Assembly (NCBI RefSeq): GCF_009914755.1
Contig: NC_060926.1
Source of the DNA: the human T2T-CHM13v2.0 reference genome, Homo sapiens
DNA length: 64,000 nucleotides
Strand: one strand, 5' to 3'
The notes under the pieces were generated by a model. The model was not told where the DNA came from. It ran no database searches and saw nothing but the letters and a program-made list of their open reading frames with translations. The position numbers and the translations under genes were made by a program. Position 1 is the stretch's first letter. Each line of letters begins with the position of its first letter. Below, in pieces: positions 47,764-59,323 of the stretch.

Positions 47764-49975
47764 TCAAAAAAAAAAAAAAAAAAAAAACCAAAAAAAAAAA
47801 ACAAAAAGGAAATCAGTGTGCGAAGTGGGAAAGCTAGAGCAAGGGAAACAACTAGGAAACAGACCAGGAGAAATTTAATGGGGAAAAAAAGTTATTTGTT
47901 TTTCTCCAAATATCTATCTTGTTTTCCTTATAAGAGAGCAAAGGTTACTATGATAATTAAAATAACATAAAATGAATTGAGGGAGTTGCCTGCTGATGTG
48001 ATTCATATTTTGTTGTTCAATCAGTAAATAACTGGAAGATACAGCTTTCACTTTGATAGTCAAATTAGTTCATGGTCATTTTCTGAAAACAGTTCTTGAG
48101 TATGGATTCTGAATTTAGAACTGTCATTTTGTAGAGCAGTTAGGAAAATTGACGAGGGATCTTTGAGTGACATAGTCTTTGGTTTAGTTCTATATTGTGA
48201 GTCTCGTGAATTTTCTGTATTGTGAATTTTATTTTTAATTTGTTTTGTTTTAAATAATGACTATTATAGTGACTAGGTTTCCATTTTTCTAGTGGTAACT
48301 TTAGGCTTAAATGGACATTTCTTACTCAATTAGGTTATTGGTGTTTTCTAAGAATCATTAAATACTTTTTTTTTAAAGTTGTATAGAGTAACAGACTCTG
48401 TTCTATCATATCTAAAAAGTACAATCTTAGTACAATAGAGGTAATTAAAGTAGAATTATACCAAAAATACTTTGAGAGCATATTTAATGGTGTTTTCTTT
48501 ATTCTTCGATGAAATGTTTTGATGTACAATGGTCTGCAAATTAATTCTTCTATTTTTCTTGTATTTTTAAAATTCCTAGTCTGTTTACTTAAATGTGATC
48601 TTTCCATTTTTTATTTAATGATTTTATTCCAATCAAATATAATTAACTGTTTTAATTCATTCTTTAATAAAATAAACAAATTGCTGAAATTGTCTCTCCT
48701 AATCATAAAATAGCTATTTAAAATACACTCTAAAGAAATTAAAATTGTAAATACTTATGGAGCTAAAAGTTAAGGAGGAGGGGCACTGAATGTTTTTCCC
48801 ATTTTTTCATGTCTTTTCTAACCTTTTGGCGGGGGTGGAATTTAACTTTAGACTGTTATTTCTCTCTCTTCTTCAGTTTTTCACTGTTTCTTTCATAATT
48901 CACTCATCGAATGCCTTGATTCAATTAGCCAAGTATGGGCTATTTTTTTTGTTGTTATTTTTTGCTTTTTCTTCCAAGCTAGATCTATTCAAAATGATTA
49001 ACAAGTTAAATTTAAACCAGTCTTTCATATTCAGTATTAACTACTTGTTTGAAAAAACAAGAAATCTGCCCCCTCTCAATTTTTTAGGGCATTAAATGTA
49101 AACATTAGTCTGATTATGATTACTGCCATTCCAAACATATTAATTAAAAGCAATGTTTATTTCCTATAAAAACATTTGTTCAAAACATTGAGCTCCACAA
49201 TAAATCATAGTACAGAAACAATATCATAACAATTTGGATTATTTTGCTAATGAATTCACTTAACTGATCACATCGTTTTGGATTTAAATGTTTTTCTCTA
49301 CTTGTATGAAAGCTACATTGCTTGAAAACTACAAAAACTAATCCCCAATTTGCCTTTCTACACAGTGGTAAAAGATTAAGGAGCTGACATAACCACTAGT
49401 GTGTTATATTTAAGCTTCCCTTTGCTGCTTGCTGCACATGTTACAATGTTGTTCTTTCTTTGACACAGACCCAGACAAAAGCTGAGTGTAGCAAGGAAAC
49501 AGACAGAACGCCTCCAGTAGTGGCCCCCGCCTGGCTCCAGGATTTGTAAACAGAAACATCCCAGGCTCCAATGAGACAGACAGAGGTTCCCTGTCTGTTC
49601 TGCATTCAGGAAGTGTTTGCTTGTATAAGCCCAACTATTGCACAGGCATACATAGTAGTGTTTACATTTGGCTGAGTATTTAACTGAGAAAACTTAATAG
49701 GGAAGAAAAAGAGGGTTTATTAGAGGTAGGAGAACAAGACAATTCAGGTATAACATAGATGTAGCATATGTTATGTAAAAAGGTTTTTTTATTTTGAAGA
49801 AATAGACAACAAAAAATAGGAGTTTTCTAGTTAAAGGCCTCTTTTGCACGTACACGTGAATACACATATTGAAATATTTTTCCTGGCAGTTTTTCAGGGA
49901 TCTCATATTTTTAGACCATGTGACAGAGGCTTGGAAAGTTTTTATTTGAAATTTAACCAATCATATGGTTTATAA

Positions 49976-50793
49976 TGAAATGGGAAAAGTTCCCTTGTCC
50001 TGACAGGGTGCGTGATGCGGGGTGTGGCTCACTTCTTAAGTGCCCCGCTGCTCAGACCTCTAGGGGACCATACAGACAGGTAGGCTGTGGGGCTCCGACC
50101 TCACAACAGTGTCTAGGAGTGAATGTTTACAGCTCCTGAATCCGCAGTGGGCGTGTGTTACAGGGTGCTCTTTTAGTTTGCCATCTATAGGCGGCTTGTG
50201 TTAGCTCAATTAGACCCCCTTCCTTATCACAAGGACAGAGGGATTTCTGTATCCCAGGGTTTCCTGCCTTGGTGTACGGGAAGAGTCGGCTCACACCTGG
50301 GCTTGGAGAATGAGTGCAAGGTTTATTAGTAGAAGTAGCTCTCAGCAGATGGGGGAACCAGAAGGGAGATGGTTTTCTCCTGGAGTTGGGCCGCTTGGTG
50401 GCCAGGGCTCTCCTCCGTCTGCCCCAGCCAAACTCCGCGTCGTTGTCGTTCTGTCGACGGCCTGCCGGCATGCGGGTGCCTATCGTTGTGCTCTTCTGCT
50501 GGCGTGCTCCTCTCGACGACCAGCCACTTTCTTCCGCCGATGTGCTCCTCTTTACGTCTGGCCGCCTGTGTGTCTGCCTGCTAGGGTCTCGGGTTTTTAT
50601 AGGCCCAGGATGGGGACATGGCGGGTCCGGGTGGTCTTGGAAATGCAACATTTGGACGGGAAAGCAGGAGTGCCTGTCCTCACCTAGGTCTGTTGGGGTG
50701 GAGCCCTAGTCAGGGACGCACCTTTCTCTACCCATTACTTACCTCCCCACTTCCGTGTCATTTAAGGAGGGCACACTGTTCCCTTCCCAGCAC
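49976..50793 (-). mobile_element. Solo ERV1-class LTR, probably LTR1 family, antisense to BMPR2
   Basis: Minus strand has TATAAAAA (50594-50601), AATAAA (50322-50327) and a CA end at 49976. Flanked by direct repeat TATAA (49971-49975, 50794-50798). Family assignment is from recalled consensus. Confidence 0.72.
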
Positions 50794-51403
50794 TATAACA
50801 TGTTTAAAATGTTTTAAAACTTTTTTCATTCTCTCCAATATATGAATTAATAATCCATTTCAGATTTTGAATTAATGAATGTTTAATGTAAAAGTTTTGT
50901 TAAATTTTCTTTTATAAATTTGAGAATAAAAGCAAAGAATGCTGAGCCTTCAAAAAACTGTATGAGAAGACTCATTATACAGAGTTTTGGAAGTAGGAGG
51001 ACCTTAAAAGTCACTTACAAGATCACTTATTTTTATTTTATAGTTTAATGTATTTTAGTAACAAACAGGAACAGCAAAAAGACAGCATTAAAAACGTGCT
51101 TGAATGTAGGACAACTCAAAAAAGTAGAGTGAACAGATGGAACCTACTCTATGATTAAAATGCTGCAAACATCATTTAGTTGCTGTCAATAAGAAATTTA
51201 CTTATTTTCCAAAAATCCAAATGCAGGCATTATCCAGAAAAATTTAACAGGTTTATTTATAATTGTTATGGCCAGGCATGGTGGTTTATGCTTGTAATTC
51301 CAGCACTTTGGGAGGCCAGGACAGGCAGATTGCTTGAGCCCGGGAGTTTGAGACCATCCTGAGCAACATGGTAAAACCCTGTCTCTACAAAAAATAAAAA
51401 TTA

Positions 51404-51562
<159 letters not shown>

Positions 51563-51792
51563 TCAAAAGAACAAATTAAATAATTGTTATGAAGTTGAAC
51601 TTCTAAAACTTGTTCACTGAAATGTTTTGACCCGCATTAATGCTTTATGTCCCACATTTATATTGAAAATCCACATGCAAATAAAAATGGAAAAACCACC
51701 AATACCTCATTTCTGTTCCTTATTTTTTCACTTACAATCTTATACTTAGGTGCCTTTTGACCCTATGGGGAAAAAATAATGTTCAGAACTAC

Positions 51793-52332
51793 TGAGAGGT
51801 GACAGCGTGCTGGCAGTCCTTACCGCCCTCGCTCGCTCTCAGCGCCTCCTCTGCCTGGGCTCCCACTTTGGCAGCACTTGAGGAGCCCTTCAGCCCACCA
51901 CTGCACTGTGGGAGCCACTTTCTGGGCTGGCCGAGGCCGGAGCCCACTCCTTCAGCTTGCAGGGAGGTGTGGAGGGAGAGGCGCGAGCAGGAACCAGGGC
52001 TGCGTGCCACGCTTGTGGGCCAGCTGGAGTTCCGGGTGGGCATGGGCTTGGCGGGCCCCGCACTCGGAGCAGCCGGCCAGCCCTGCCGGCCCCAGGCAAT
52101 GAGGGGCTTAGCACCCGGGCCAGCGGCTGCGGGGGGTGCACTGGGTCCCCCAGCAGTGCCAGCCAACCGGCACTGCTCTTGATTTCTCACCGGGTCTTAG
52201 CTGCCTTCCCGCGGGGCAGGGCTCGGGCCTGCAGCCCGCCATGCCTGAGCCTCCCACCCCCTCCATGGGCCCCTGTGCGGCCCGAGCCTCCCCGATGAGT
52301 GCCGCCCCCTGCTCCACGGCGCCCAGTCCCAT
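51793..52332 (+). mobile_element. Truncated 5' LTR12C (GC-rich proximal U3 only)
   Basis: Colinear with 3' LTR 58269-58793 up to CCCAGTCCCAT, then joins directly to ERV9 leader (GCCAAGCGGTGAGAC). No CCAAT repeats, R, U5 or PBS. Confidence 0.92.
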
Positions 52333-53413
52333 TGCCAAGCGGTGAGACAATCGCTGAGCGGTGAGAGCATCACCTATCCGCAAGCAGTGAGTACCATCGG
52401 ACCCCTTTCGCTTGCTATTCTGTCCTGTCTTTCCTTAGAATTCGGGGGCTAAATACCGGGCACCTTATTGGCCAGTTAAAAGTGACTAGCGCAGCTGCCA
52501 GAGTAAAGACACGGGTGTCAGGCTTTCTGGGAAAGGGCTCTCTAACAACCCCCGACTCTTCGGAGTTGGGACCATTGGTTTGCCTAGAACCAGCTTCCGC
52601 TTTTCCTGTACTTCTGGACTGAGTCAAGGGTTGACAAAGAGGAAAGCCATGCAGCTCCGGGGTCCCAACAACAAGTTGGTTGACCCTGCGGCCATGGGCA
52701 GAACTCTCAAAGGCATGTCGCCCAAGTGAGACTTGCCCATCTATCCTATCTATCCTGACCCTTGCCCCCTGGGTCCTAATGCCTGCCAGACAAACTTCCT
52801 CTCACCTCTTTTCTCTGAGGCTAATTAGACCCACTTCTAAAAATTGCTACCTGTCTCTGGTGCTTTTCTAGTTTCTCCTATAAGAATGATTTCTAGTATA
52901 AACTCCAGGACTCTGTTACCTTCTTTAGGCACCTGGGCTCACCAATCAGAAAGACATAATTTTTGCCCAAAGCCCTGTCACAGTGGGGACTACCTGGAAT
53001 TTTAGGATCCCTCCTCAGACTAACAGGCCTAACAAAAGCTATTCCTGAAGCTAGGATATGGGGAGCCTTAGAAATTGTATCCTTCCTATTCATATAAGTG
53101 AGGACAAAAGGTGTCACTCTTCCAACCCTGGAGATCCCTTCCCTCCCTCAGGGTGTGGCCCTCCACTTCATTTTTGGGGCATAACATCTTTATAGGACAG
53201 GGGTAAAGTCCCAAGACTAACAGGAGAATGCTTAGGACTCTTAACAGGTTTTTGAGGATGCGTTGGTAAGGGCCACTAAATCTGATTTTTCTCAGTCGGT
53301 CCTCCTTGTGGTCTAGGAGGACAGGCAAGGGTGCAGGTTTTCAAGAATGCGTCGGTAAGGACCACTAAATCCGACCTTCCTCCGTCCTCCATGTGGTCTG
53401 GGAGGAAAACTAG

Positions 53414-53652
53414 TGTTTCTGCTGCTGCGTCAGTGAGCGCAACTATTCCGATCAGCAGGGTCCAGGGACCGTTGCAGGTTCTTGGGCAGGGGTTGTTTCT
53501 GCTGCTGCATTGGTGAGCGCAACTATTCCGATCAGCAGGGTCCAGGGACAGTTGCATGTTCTTGGGCAGGGGTTGTTTCTGCTGCTGCGTCGGTGAGCAC
53601 AACTATTCCGATCAGCAGGGTCCAGGGACCGTTGCGAGTTCTTGGGCAGGGG
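53414..53652 (+). repeat. Three tandem 80-bp repeats in the proviral leader
   Basis: Unit TGTTTCTGCTGCTGC...AACTATTCCGATCAGCAGGGTCCAGGGA...TTCTTGGGCAGGGG starts at 53414, 53494 and 53574. Confidence 0.95.
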
Positions 53653-53696
53653 GAGAAACAAAACAAACCAAAACCACGGGCGGTTTTGTCTTTCAG

Positions 53697-55157
53697 ATGG
53701 GAAACACTCAGGCATCAACAGGCTCACCCTTGAAATGCATCCTAAGCCATTGGGACCAATTTGACCCACAAACCCTGAAAAAGAGGCGGCTCATTTTTTT
53801 CTGCACTACGGCTTGGCCCCAATATTCTCTTTCTGATGGGGAAAAATGGCCACCTGAGGGCAGTACAAATTACAATACTATCCTGCAGCTTGACCTTTTC
53901 TCTAAGAGGGAAGGCAAATGGAGTGTCTTACCTTATGTTCGAGCTTTCTTTTCATTGAGGGAGAATATACAACTATGCAAAGCTTGCAATTTACATCCCA
54001 CAGGAGGACCTCTCAGCTTACCACCATATCCTAGCCTCCCTATAGCTCCCCTTCCTATTAATGATAATCCTCCTCTAATCTCCCCTGCCCAGAAGGAAAT
54101 AAGCAAAGAAATCTCCAAAGGACCACAAAAACCCCCGGGCTATCGGTTATGTCCCCTTCAAGCTGTAGGGGGAGGGGAATTTGGCCCAACCTGGGTACGT
54201 GTCCCCTTCTCCCTCTCTGATTTAAAGCAGATCAAGGCACACCTGGGGAAGTTTTCAGATGATCCTGATAGGTACATAGATGTCCTACAGGGTCTAGGGC
54301 AAACCTTTGACCTCCCTTGGAGAGATGTCATGCTACTGTTAGATCAAACCCTGGCCTTTAATGAAAAGAATGCCGCTTTAGCTGCAGCCCGAGAGTTTGG
54401 AGATACCTGGTATCTTAGTAAAGTAAATGATAGAATGACAGCTGAAGAAAGGGACAAATTCCCTACTGGTCAGCAAGCCATCCCCATTATGGATCCCCAC
54501 TGGGACCTTGACTCAGATCATGGGGACTGGAGTCGTAAACATCTGTTGACCTGTGTTTTAGAAGGACTAAGGAGAATTACAAAAAAGCCCATGAATTATT
54601 CAATGATGTCCACCATAAATCAGGGAAAGGAAGAAAATCCTTCTGCCTTCCTCGAGCGGCTACGAGAGGCCTTAAGAAAATATACTCCCCTGTCACCTGA
54701 ATCACTTGAGAGTCAATTGATTCTAAAAGATAAGTTTATTACCCAATCAGCCACAGATACCAGGAGAAAGCTCCAAAAGCAAGCCCTGAGCCCTGAACAA
54801 AAATCTAGAGGCATTATTAAACCTGGCAACCTCGGTGTTCTATAATAGGGACCAAGAGGAACAGGCCCAAAAGGAAAAGCGAGATCAGAGAAAGGCCGCA
54901 GCCTTAGTCATGGCCCTCAGACAAACAAACCTTGGTGGTTCAGAGAGGACAGAAAATGGAGTAGGCCAATCACCTGGTAGGTCTTGTTATCAGTATGGTT
55001 TACTAGGACACTTTAAAAAAGATTGTCCAATGAGAAAGAAGCTGCCCCCTCATCCATGTCCACTATGCCGAGGCAATCGCTAGAAGGTGCACTGCCCCAG
55101 AGGACGAAGGTTCCCTGGGTCAGAAGGCCCAACCAGATGATCCAACAACAGGACTGA
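53697..55157 (+). pseudogene. gag: HERV9 gag: MA-CA open for ~368 codons, +1 frameshift at 54799-54803, degenerate NC
   Basis: MGNTQAS start and MHR-like [23 protein letters not shown]. An A5 run breaks [23 protein letters not shown]. Zinc knuckle reads CYQYGLLGHFKKDC (Cys>Tyr); TAG at 55081-55083; gag stop TGA at 55155-55157. Confidence 0.93.
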
Positions 55158-57410
55158 GGGTGCCCGGGGCAAGTGCCAGCTCATGTCATCACCCTCACTG
55201 AGCCCCGGGTATGTTTAACTATTGAGGGCCAGGAAATTGACTTCCTCCTGGACACTGGCGCAGCCTTCTCAGTGTTACTCTCCTGTCCTGGACGACTGTC
55301 CTCAAGGTCCGTTACCATCCGAGGAATCCTGGGACAGCCTGTAACCAGGTATTTCTCCCACCTCCTCAGTTGTAATTGGGAGACTTTGCTCTTTTCACAT
55401 GCCTTTCTTGTTATGCCTGAAAGTCCCACACCGTTATTAGGGAGGGATATATTAGCCAAGGCTGGAGCTATTATCTACATGAATATGGGGAACAAGTTAG
55501 CCATTTGTTGTCCCCTACTTGAGGAGGGAATCAACCCTGAAGTCTGGGCATTGGAAGGACAATTTGGAAGGGCAAAAAATGCCCGCCCAGTCCAAATCAG
55601 GTTAAAAGATCCCACCAGTTTTCCTTATCAAAGGCAATATCCCTTAAGGCCTGAAGCTCATACAGGATTACAGAATATTGTTAAACATTTGAAAGCTCAA
55701 GGCTTAGTAAGGAAATGCAGGAGTCCCTGAAACACCCCAATTCTGGGAGTACAAAAACCAAACGGTCAGTGGAGTCTAGTGCAAGATCTTAGACTCATTA
55801 ATGAGGCAGTAATTCCACTATATCCAGTTGTACCCAACCCCTATACCCTGCTCTCTCAAATACCAGAGGAAGCAGAATGGTTCACGGTTCTGGACCTCAA
55901 GGATGCCTTCTTCTGTATTCCCCTGCACTCTGACTCCCAGTTTCTCTTTGCTTTTGAGGATCCCACAGACCACACGTCCCAACTTACATGGATGGTCTTG
56001 CCCCAGGGGTTTAGGGATAGCCTTCATCTGTTTGGTCAGGCACTGGCCCAAGATCTAAGCCACTTCTCAAGTCCAGGCACTCTGGTTCTTCAATATGTGG
56101 ATGATTTACTTTTGGCTACCAGTTCGGAAGCCTCGTGCCAGCAGGCTACTCTAGATCTCTTGAACTTTCTAGCTAATCAAGGGTACAAGGTGTCTAGGTC
56201 GAAGGCCCAGCTTTGCCTACAGCAGGTTAAATATCTAGGCCTAATCTTAGCCAAAGGGACCAGGGCCCTCAGCAAGGAACGAATACAGCCTATACTGGCT
56301 TATCCTCGCCCTAAGACATTAAAACATTTGAGGGGGTTCCTTGGAATTACCGGCTTTTGCCGACTATGGATCCCTGGATACAGCGAGATAGCCAGGCTCC
56401 TCTATACTCTAATCAAGGAAACCCAGAAGGCAAATACTCATCTAGTCGAATGGGAACCAGAAGCAGAAACAGCCTTTAAAACCTTAAAGCAGGCTCTAGT
56501 ACAAGCTCCAGCTTTAAGGCTTCCCACAGGACAGAACTTCTCTTTATATGTCACAGAGAGAGCTGGGATAACTCTCGGAGTCCTTACTCAGACTCGTGGG
56601 ACAATCCCACAACCAGTGGCATACCTAAGTAAGGAAATTGATGTAGTAGCAAAAGGCTGGCCTCACTGTTTAAGGGTAGTTGCAGCAGTGGCCATCTTAG
56701 CATCAGAGGCTATCAAAATAATACAAGGAAAGGATCTCACTGTCTGGATTACTCATGATGTAAATGGCATACTAGGTGCCAAAGGAAGTTTATGGCTATC
56801 AGACAGCCACCTACTTAGATACCAGGCACTACTCCTTGAGGGACTGGTGCTTCAAATGCGCATATGCGTGGCCCTCAACCCTGCCACTTTTCTCCCAGAG
56901 GATGGGGAACCAATCGAGCATGACTGCCAACAAATTATAGTCCAGACTTAGGCCGCCCGAGATGATCTCTTAGAAGTCCCCTTAACTAATCCTGACCTTA
57001 ACCTATATAACGATGGAAGTTCATTTGTGGAGAATGGGATACGAAGGGTAGGTTACACCATAGTTAGTGATGTAACCATACTTGAAAGCAAGCCTCTTCC
57101 CCCAGGGACCAGTGCCCAGTTAGTGGAACTAGTGGCACTTACCTGAGCCTTAGAACTGGGAAAGGGAAAAAGAATAAATGTGTATACAGATAGCAAGTAT
57201 GCTTATCTAATCCTACATGCCCATGCTACAATATGGAAAGAGAGGGAGTTCCTAACCTCTGGGGGAACCCCTATTAAATACCACAAGGAAATTATAGAGT
57301 TATTGCACACAATGCAAAAACACAAAGAGGTGGGAATCTTACACTGACAAAGCCATCAAAATGGGAAGGAGAGGGGAGAACAGCAGCATAAGCAGCTGGC
57401 AGAGGCAGCA
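55158..57410 (+). pseudogene. pol: HERV9 pro-pol (protease, RT, RNase H) with nonsense codons; integrase absent
   Basis: Protease motifs FLLDTGA and LLGRDIL; RT motifs LPQGF and YVDD; RNase H motifs YNDGSS and VYTDSKY. One reading frame throughout, with stops at 55728, 56949, ~57144 and ~57345. Confidence 0.93.
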
Positions 57411-57570
57411 GAAAGGAAAGAAAGGGACAGGAAGTCAAAGAAAGAGACAGAGAAGAGACAAAGAAGTCAGAAAGAGGAACAGACACAGAAAGAGAGTTAA
57501 AAAGAGAGGAAGAGACAAAGAAGAAGTTGAAGAGAAAGAAAGAGAGATGGAAGTAGTAAAGAAAAAACAG
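57411..57570 (+). repeat. AG-rich low-complexity tract at the pol/env deletion region
   Basis: Almost pure purine run (GAAAGGAAAG...AGAGAAAGAAAGAGAG) following RNase H. Confidence 0.8.
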
Positions 57571-57659
57571 TATACCCTATTCCTTTAAAAGCCAGGGTAA
57601 ATTTCTATCTACCCAGCCAAGGCATATTCTACTTATGTGGATCTTCAACCCGTATCTAC

Positions 57660-58100
57660 CTCTCAAACAGTTTGCAAGAAATAACAAAATCTATCCTTAC
57701 TGTATAATCCCAAATAGACTCTTTGGCAGCAGTGACTCTCCAAAACCGCCGAGGCCTAGACCTCCTCACTGCTGAGAAAGGAGGACTCTGCACCTTCTTA
57801 GGGGAAGAGTGTTGTTTTTACACTAACCAGTCGGGGGTAGCACAAGATGCCACCCAGCGTTTACAGGAAAAGGCTTCTGAAATCAGACAACGCCTTTCAA
57901 ATTCTTATACCAGCCTCTGGAGTTGGGCAACATGGCTTCTCCCCTTTCTAGGTCCTGTGGCAGCCATCTTGCTGTTACTCGCCTTTGGGCCCTGTATTTT
58001 TAACCTTGTCAAATTCGTTTCCTCTAGAATCGAGGCCATCAAGCTACAGATGGTCTTACAAATGGAACCCCAAATGAGTTCAACTAACAACTTCTACTGA
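57660..58100 (+). pseudogene. env: HERV9 env TM-subunit remnant (SU deleted)
   Basis: Immunosuppressive-domain motif LQNRRGLDLLTAEKGGLC, CX6CC motif CTFLGEECC and hydrophobic anchor WLLPFLGPVAAILLLLAFGPCIF. In-frame TAA near 57705 upstream of these. Confidence 0.92.
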
Positions 58101-58257
58101 GGACTCCTGGACCGACCCTCTGGCACTTCCCCTGGCCTAGAGAGTTCCCCTCTGAAGGACACTACAACTGCAGAGCCCCTTCTTTGCCCCTATCCAGCAG
58201 GAAATAGCTAGAGCGGTCATTGGCCAAATTCCCAACAGCATTTGGGGTGTCCTGTTT

Positions 58258-58268
58258 AGAGGGGGGAT
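58258..58268 (+). other. Polypurine tract
   Basis: AGAGGGGGGAT immediately before the TG of the 3' LTR. Confidence 0.88.
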
Positions 58269-58929
58269 TGAGAGGTAACAGCGTGCTGGCAGTCCTCACA
58301 GCCCTCGCTCACTCTCAGCGCCTCTGCCTGGGCTCCCACTTTGGCGGCACTTGAGGAGCCCTTCAGCCCACCACTGCATTGTGGGAGCCCCTTTCTGGGC
58401 TGGCCAAGGCCGGAGCCCACTCCCTCAGCTTGCAGGGAGGTGTGGAGGGAGAGGCGCAAGCAGGAACCGGGGCGGCGTGCCGCGCTTGCGGGCCAGCCGG
58501 AGTTCCGGTTGGGCATGGGCTTGGCGGGCCCCGCACTCGGAGCAGCCAGCCCCAGGCAATGAGGGGCTTAGCACCCAGGCCAGCAGCTGCGGAGGGTGTA
58601 CTGGGTCCCCCAGCAGTGCCAGCCCACCGGCGCTGCTCTCAGTTTCTCACTGGGTCTTAGCTGCCTTCCCACAGGGCAGGGCTCGGGACCTGCAGCCCGC
58701 CATGCCTGAGCCTCCCACCCCCTCCATGGGCCCCTGTGCGGCCCGAGCCTCCCTGATGAGTGCCGCCCCCTGCTCCACGGCGCCCAGTCCCATCAACCAC
58801 CCAAGGGCTGAGGAGTGTGAGCGCACGGTGTGGGACTGGCAGGCAGCTCCACCTGCAGCCCAGGTGTGGGATCCACTGGGTGAAGCCAGCTGGGCTCCTG
58901 AGTCTGGTGGGGACATGGAGAACCTTTAT

Positions 58930-59270
58930 GTCTAGCTCAGGGATTGTAAATACACCAATAGGCACTCTGTATCTAGCTCAAGGTTTGTAAATACACCAAT
59001 CAGCACCCTGTGTCTAGCTCAGGGTTTGTGAATGCACCAGTAGACACTCTGTATCTAGCTACTCTGGTGGGGCCTTATAGAACCTTTGTGTCGACACTCT
59101 GTATCTAGCTAATCTGGTGGGGACGTGGAGAACCTTTGTGTCTAGCTCAGGGATTGTAAACGCACCAATCAGCGCCCTGTCAAAACAGACCACTCGGCTC
59201 TACCAATCAGCAGGACGTGGGTGGGGCCAGATAAGAGAATAAAAGCGGGCTGCCCGAGCTAGCAGTGGTA
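58930..59270 (+). promoter_or_regulatory. LTR12 U3 enhancer/promoter (NF-Y CCAAT array, GATA, AATAAAA TATA-like box)
   Basis: CCAAT at 58955, 58996, 59165 and 59203; AGATAA at 59229-59234; AATAAAA at 59238-59244. This matches the known ERV9 LTR promoter layout. Confidence 0.8.
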
Positions 59271-59323
59271 ACCCGCTTGGGTCCCCTTCCACACTGTGGA
59301 AGCTTTGTTCTTTAGCTCTTTGC

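Noticed and set aside
50127-50845. 174-, 131- and 125-aa ORFs
   Set aside because: They lie within the GC-rich solo LTR, overlap on both strands and show no protein motif.
51789-52383. Overlapping Pro/Ala/Gly-rich ORFs here and at 58256-58990
   Set aside because: Stop-poor GC-rich LTR12 U3; the frames differ between the two LTR copies.
53414-53652. 80-bp repeats as a CRISPR-like array
   Set aside because: Contiguous tandem units without unique spacers, inside a retroviral leader in human DNA.
55779-56951. 390-aa RT ORF as an active reverse transcriptase or mobile provirus
   Set aside because: A stop at 55728 cuts the RT N-terminus, RNase H has stops, and integrase, PBS and the 5' promoter are missing.
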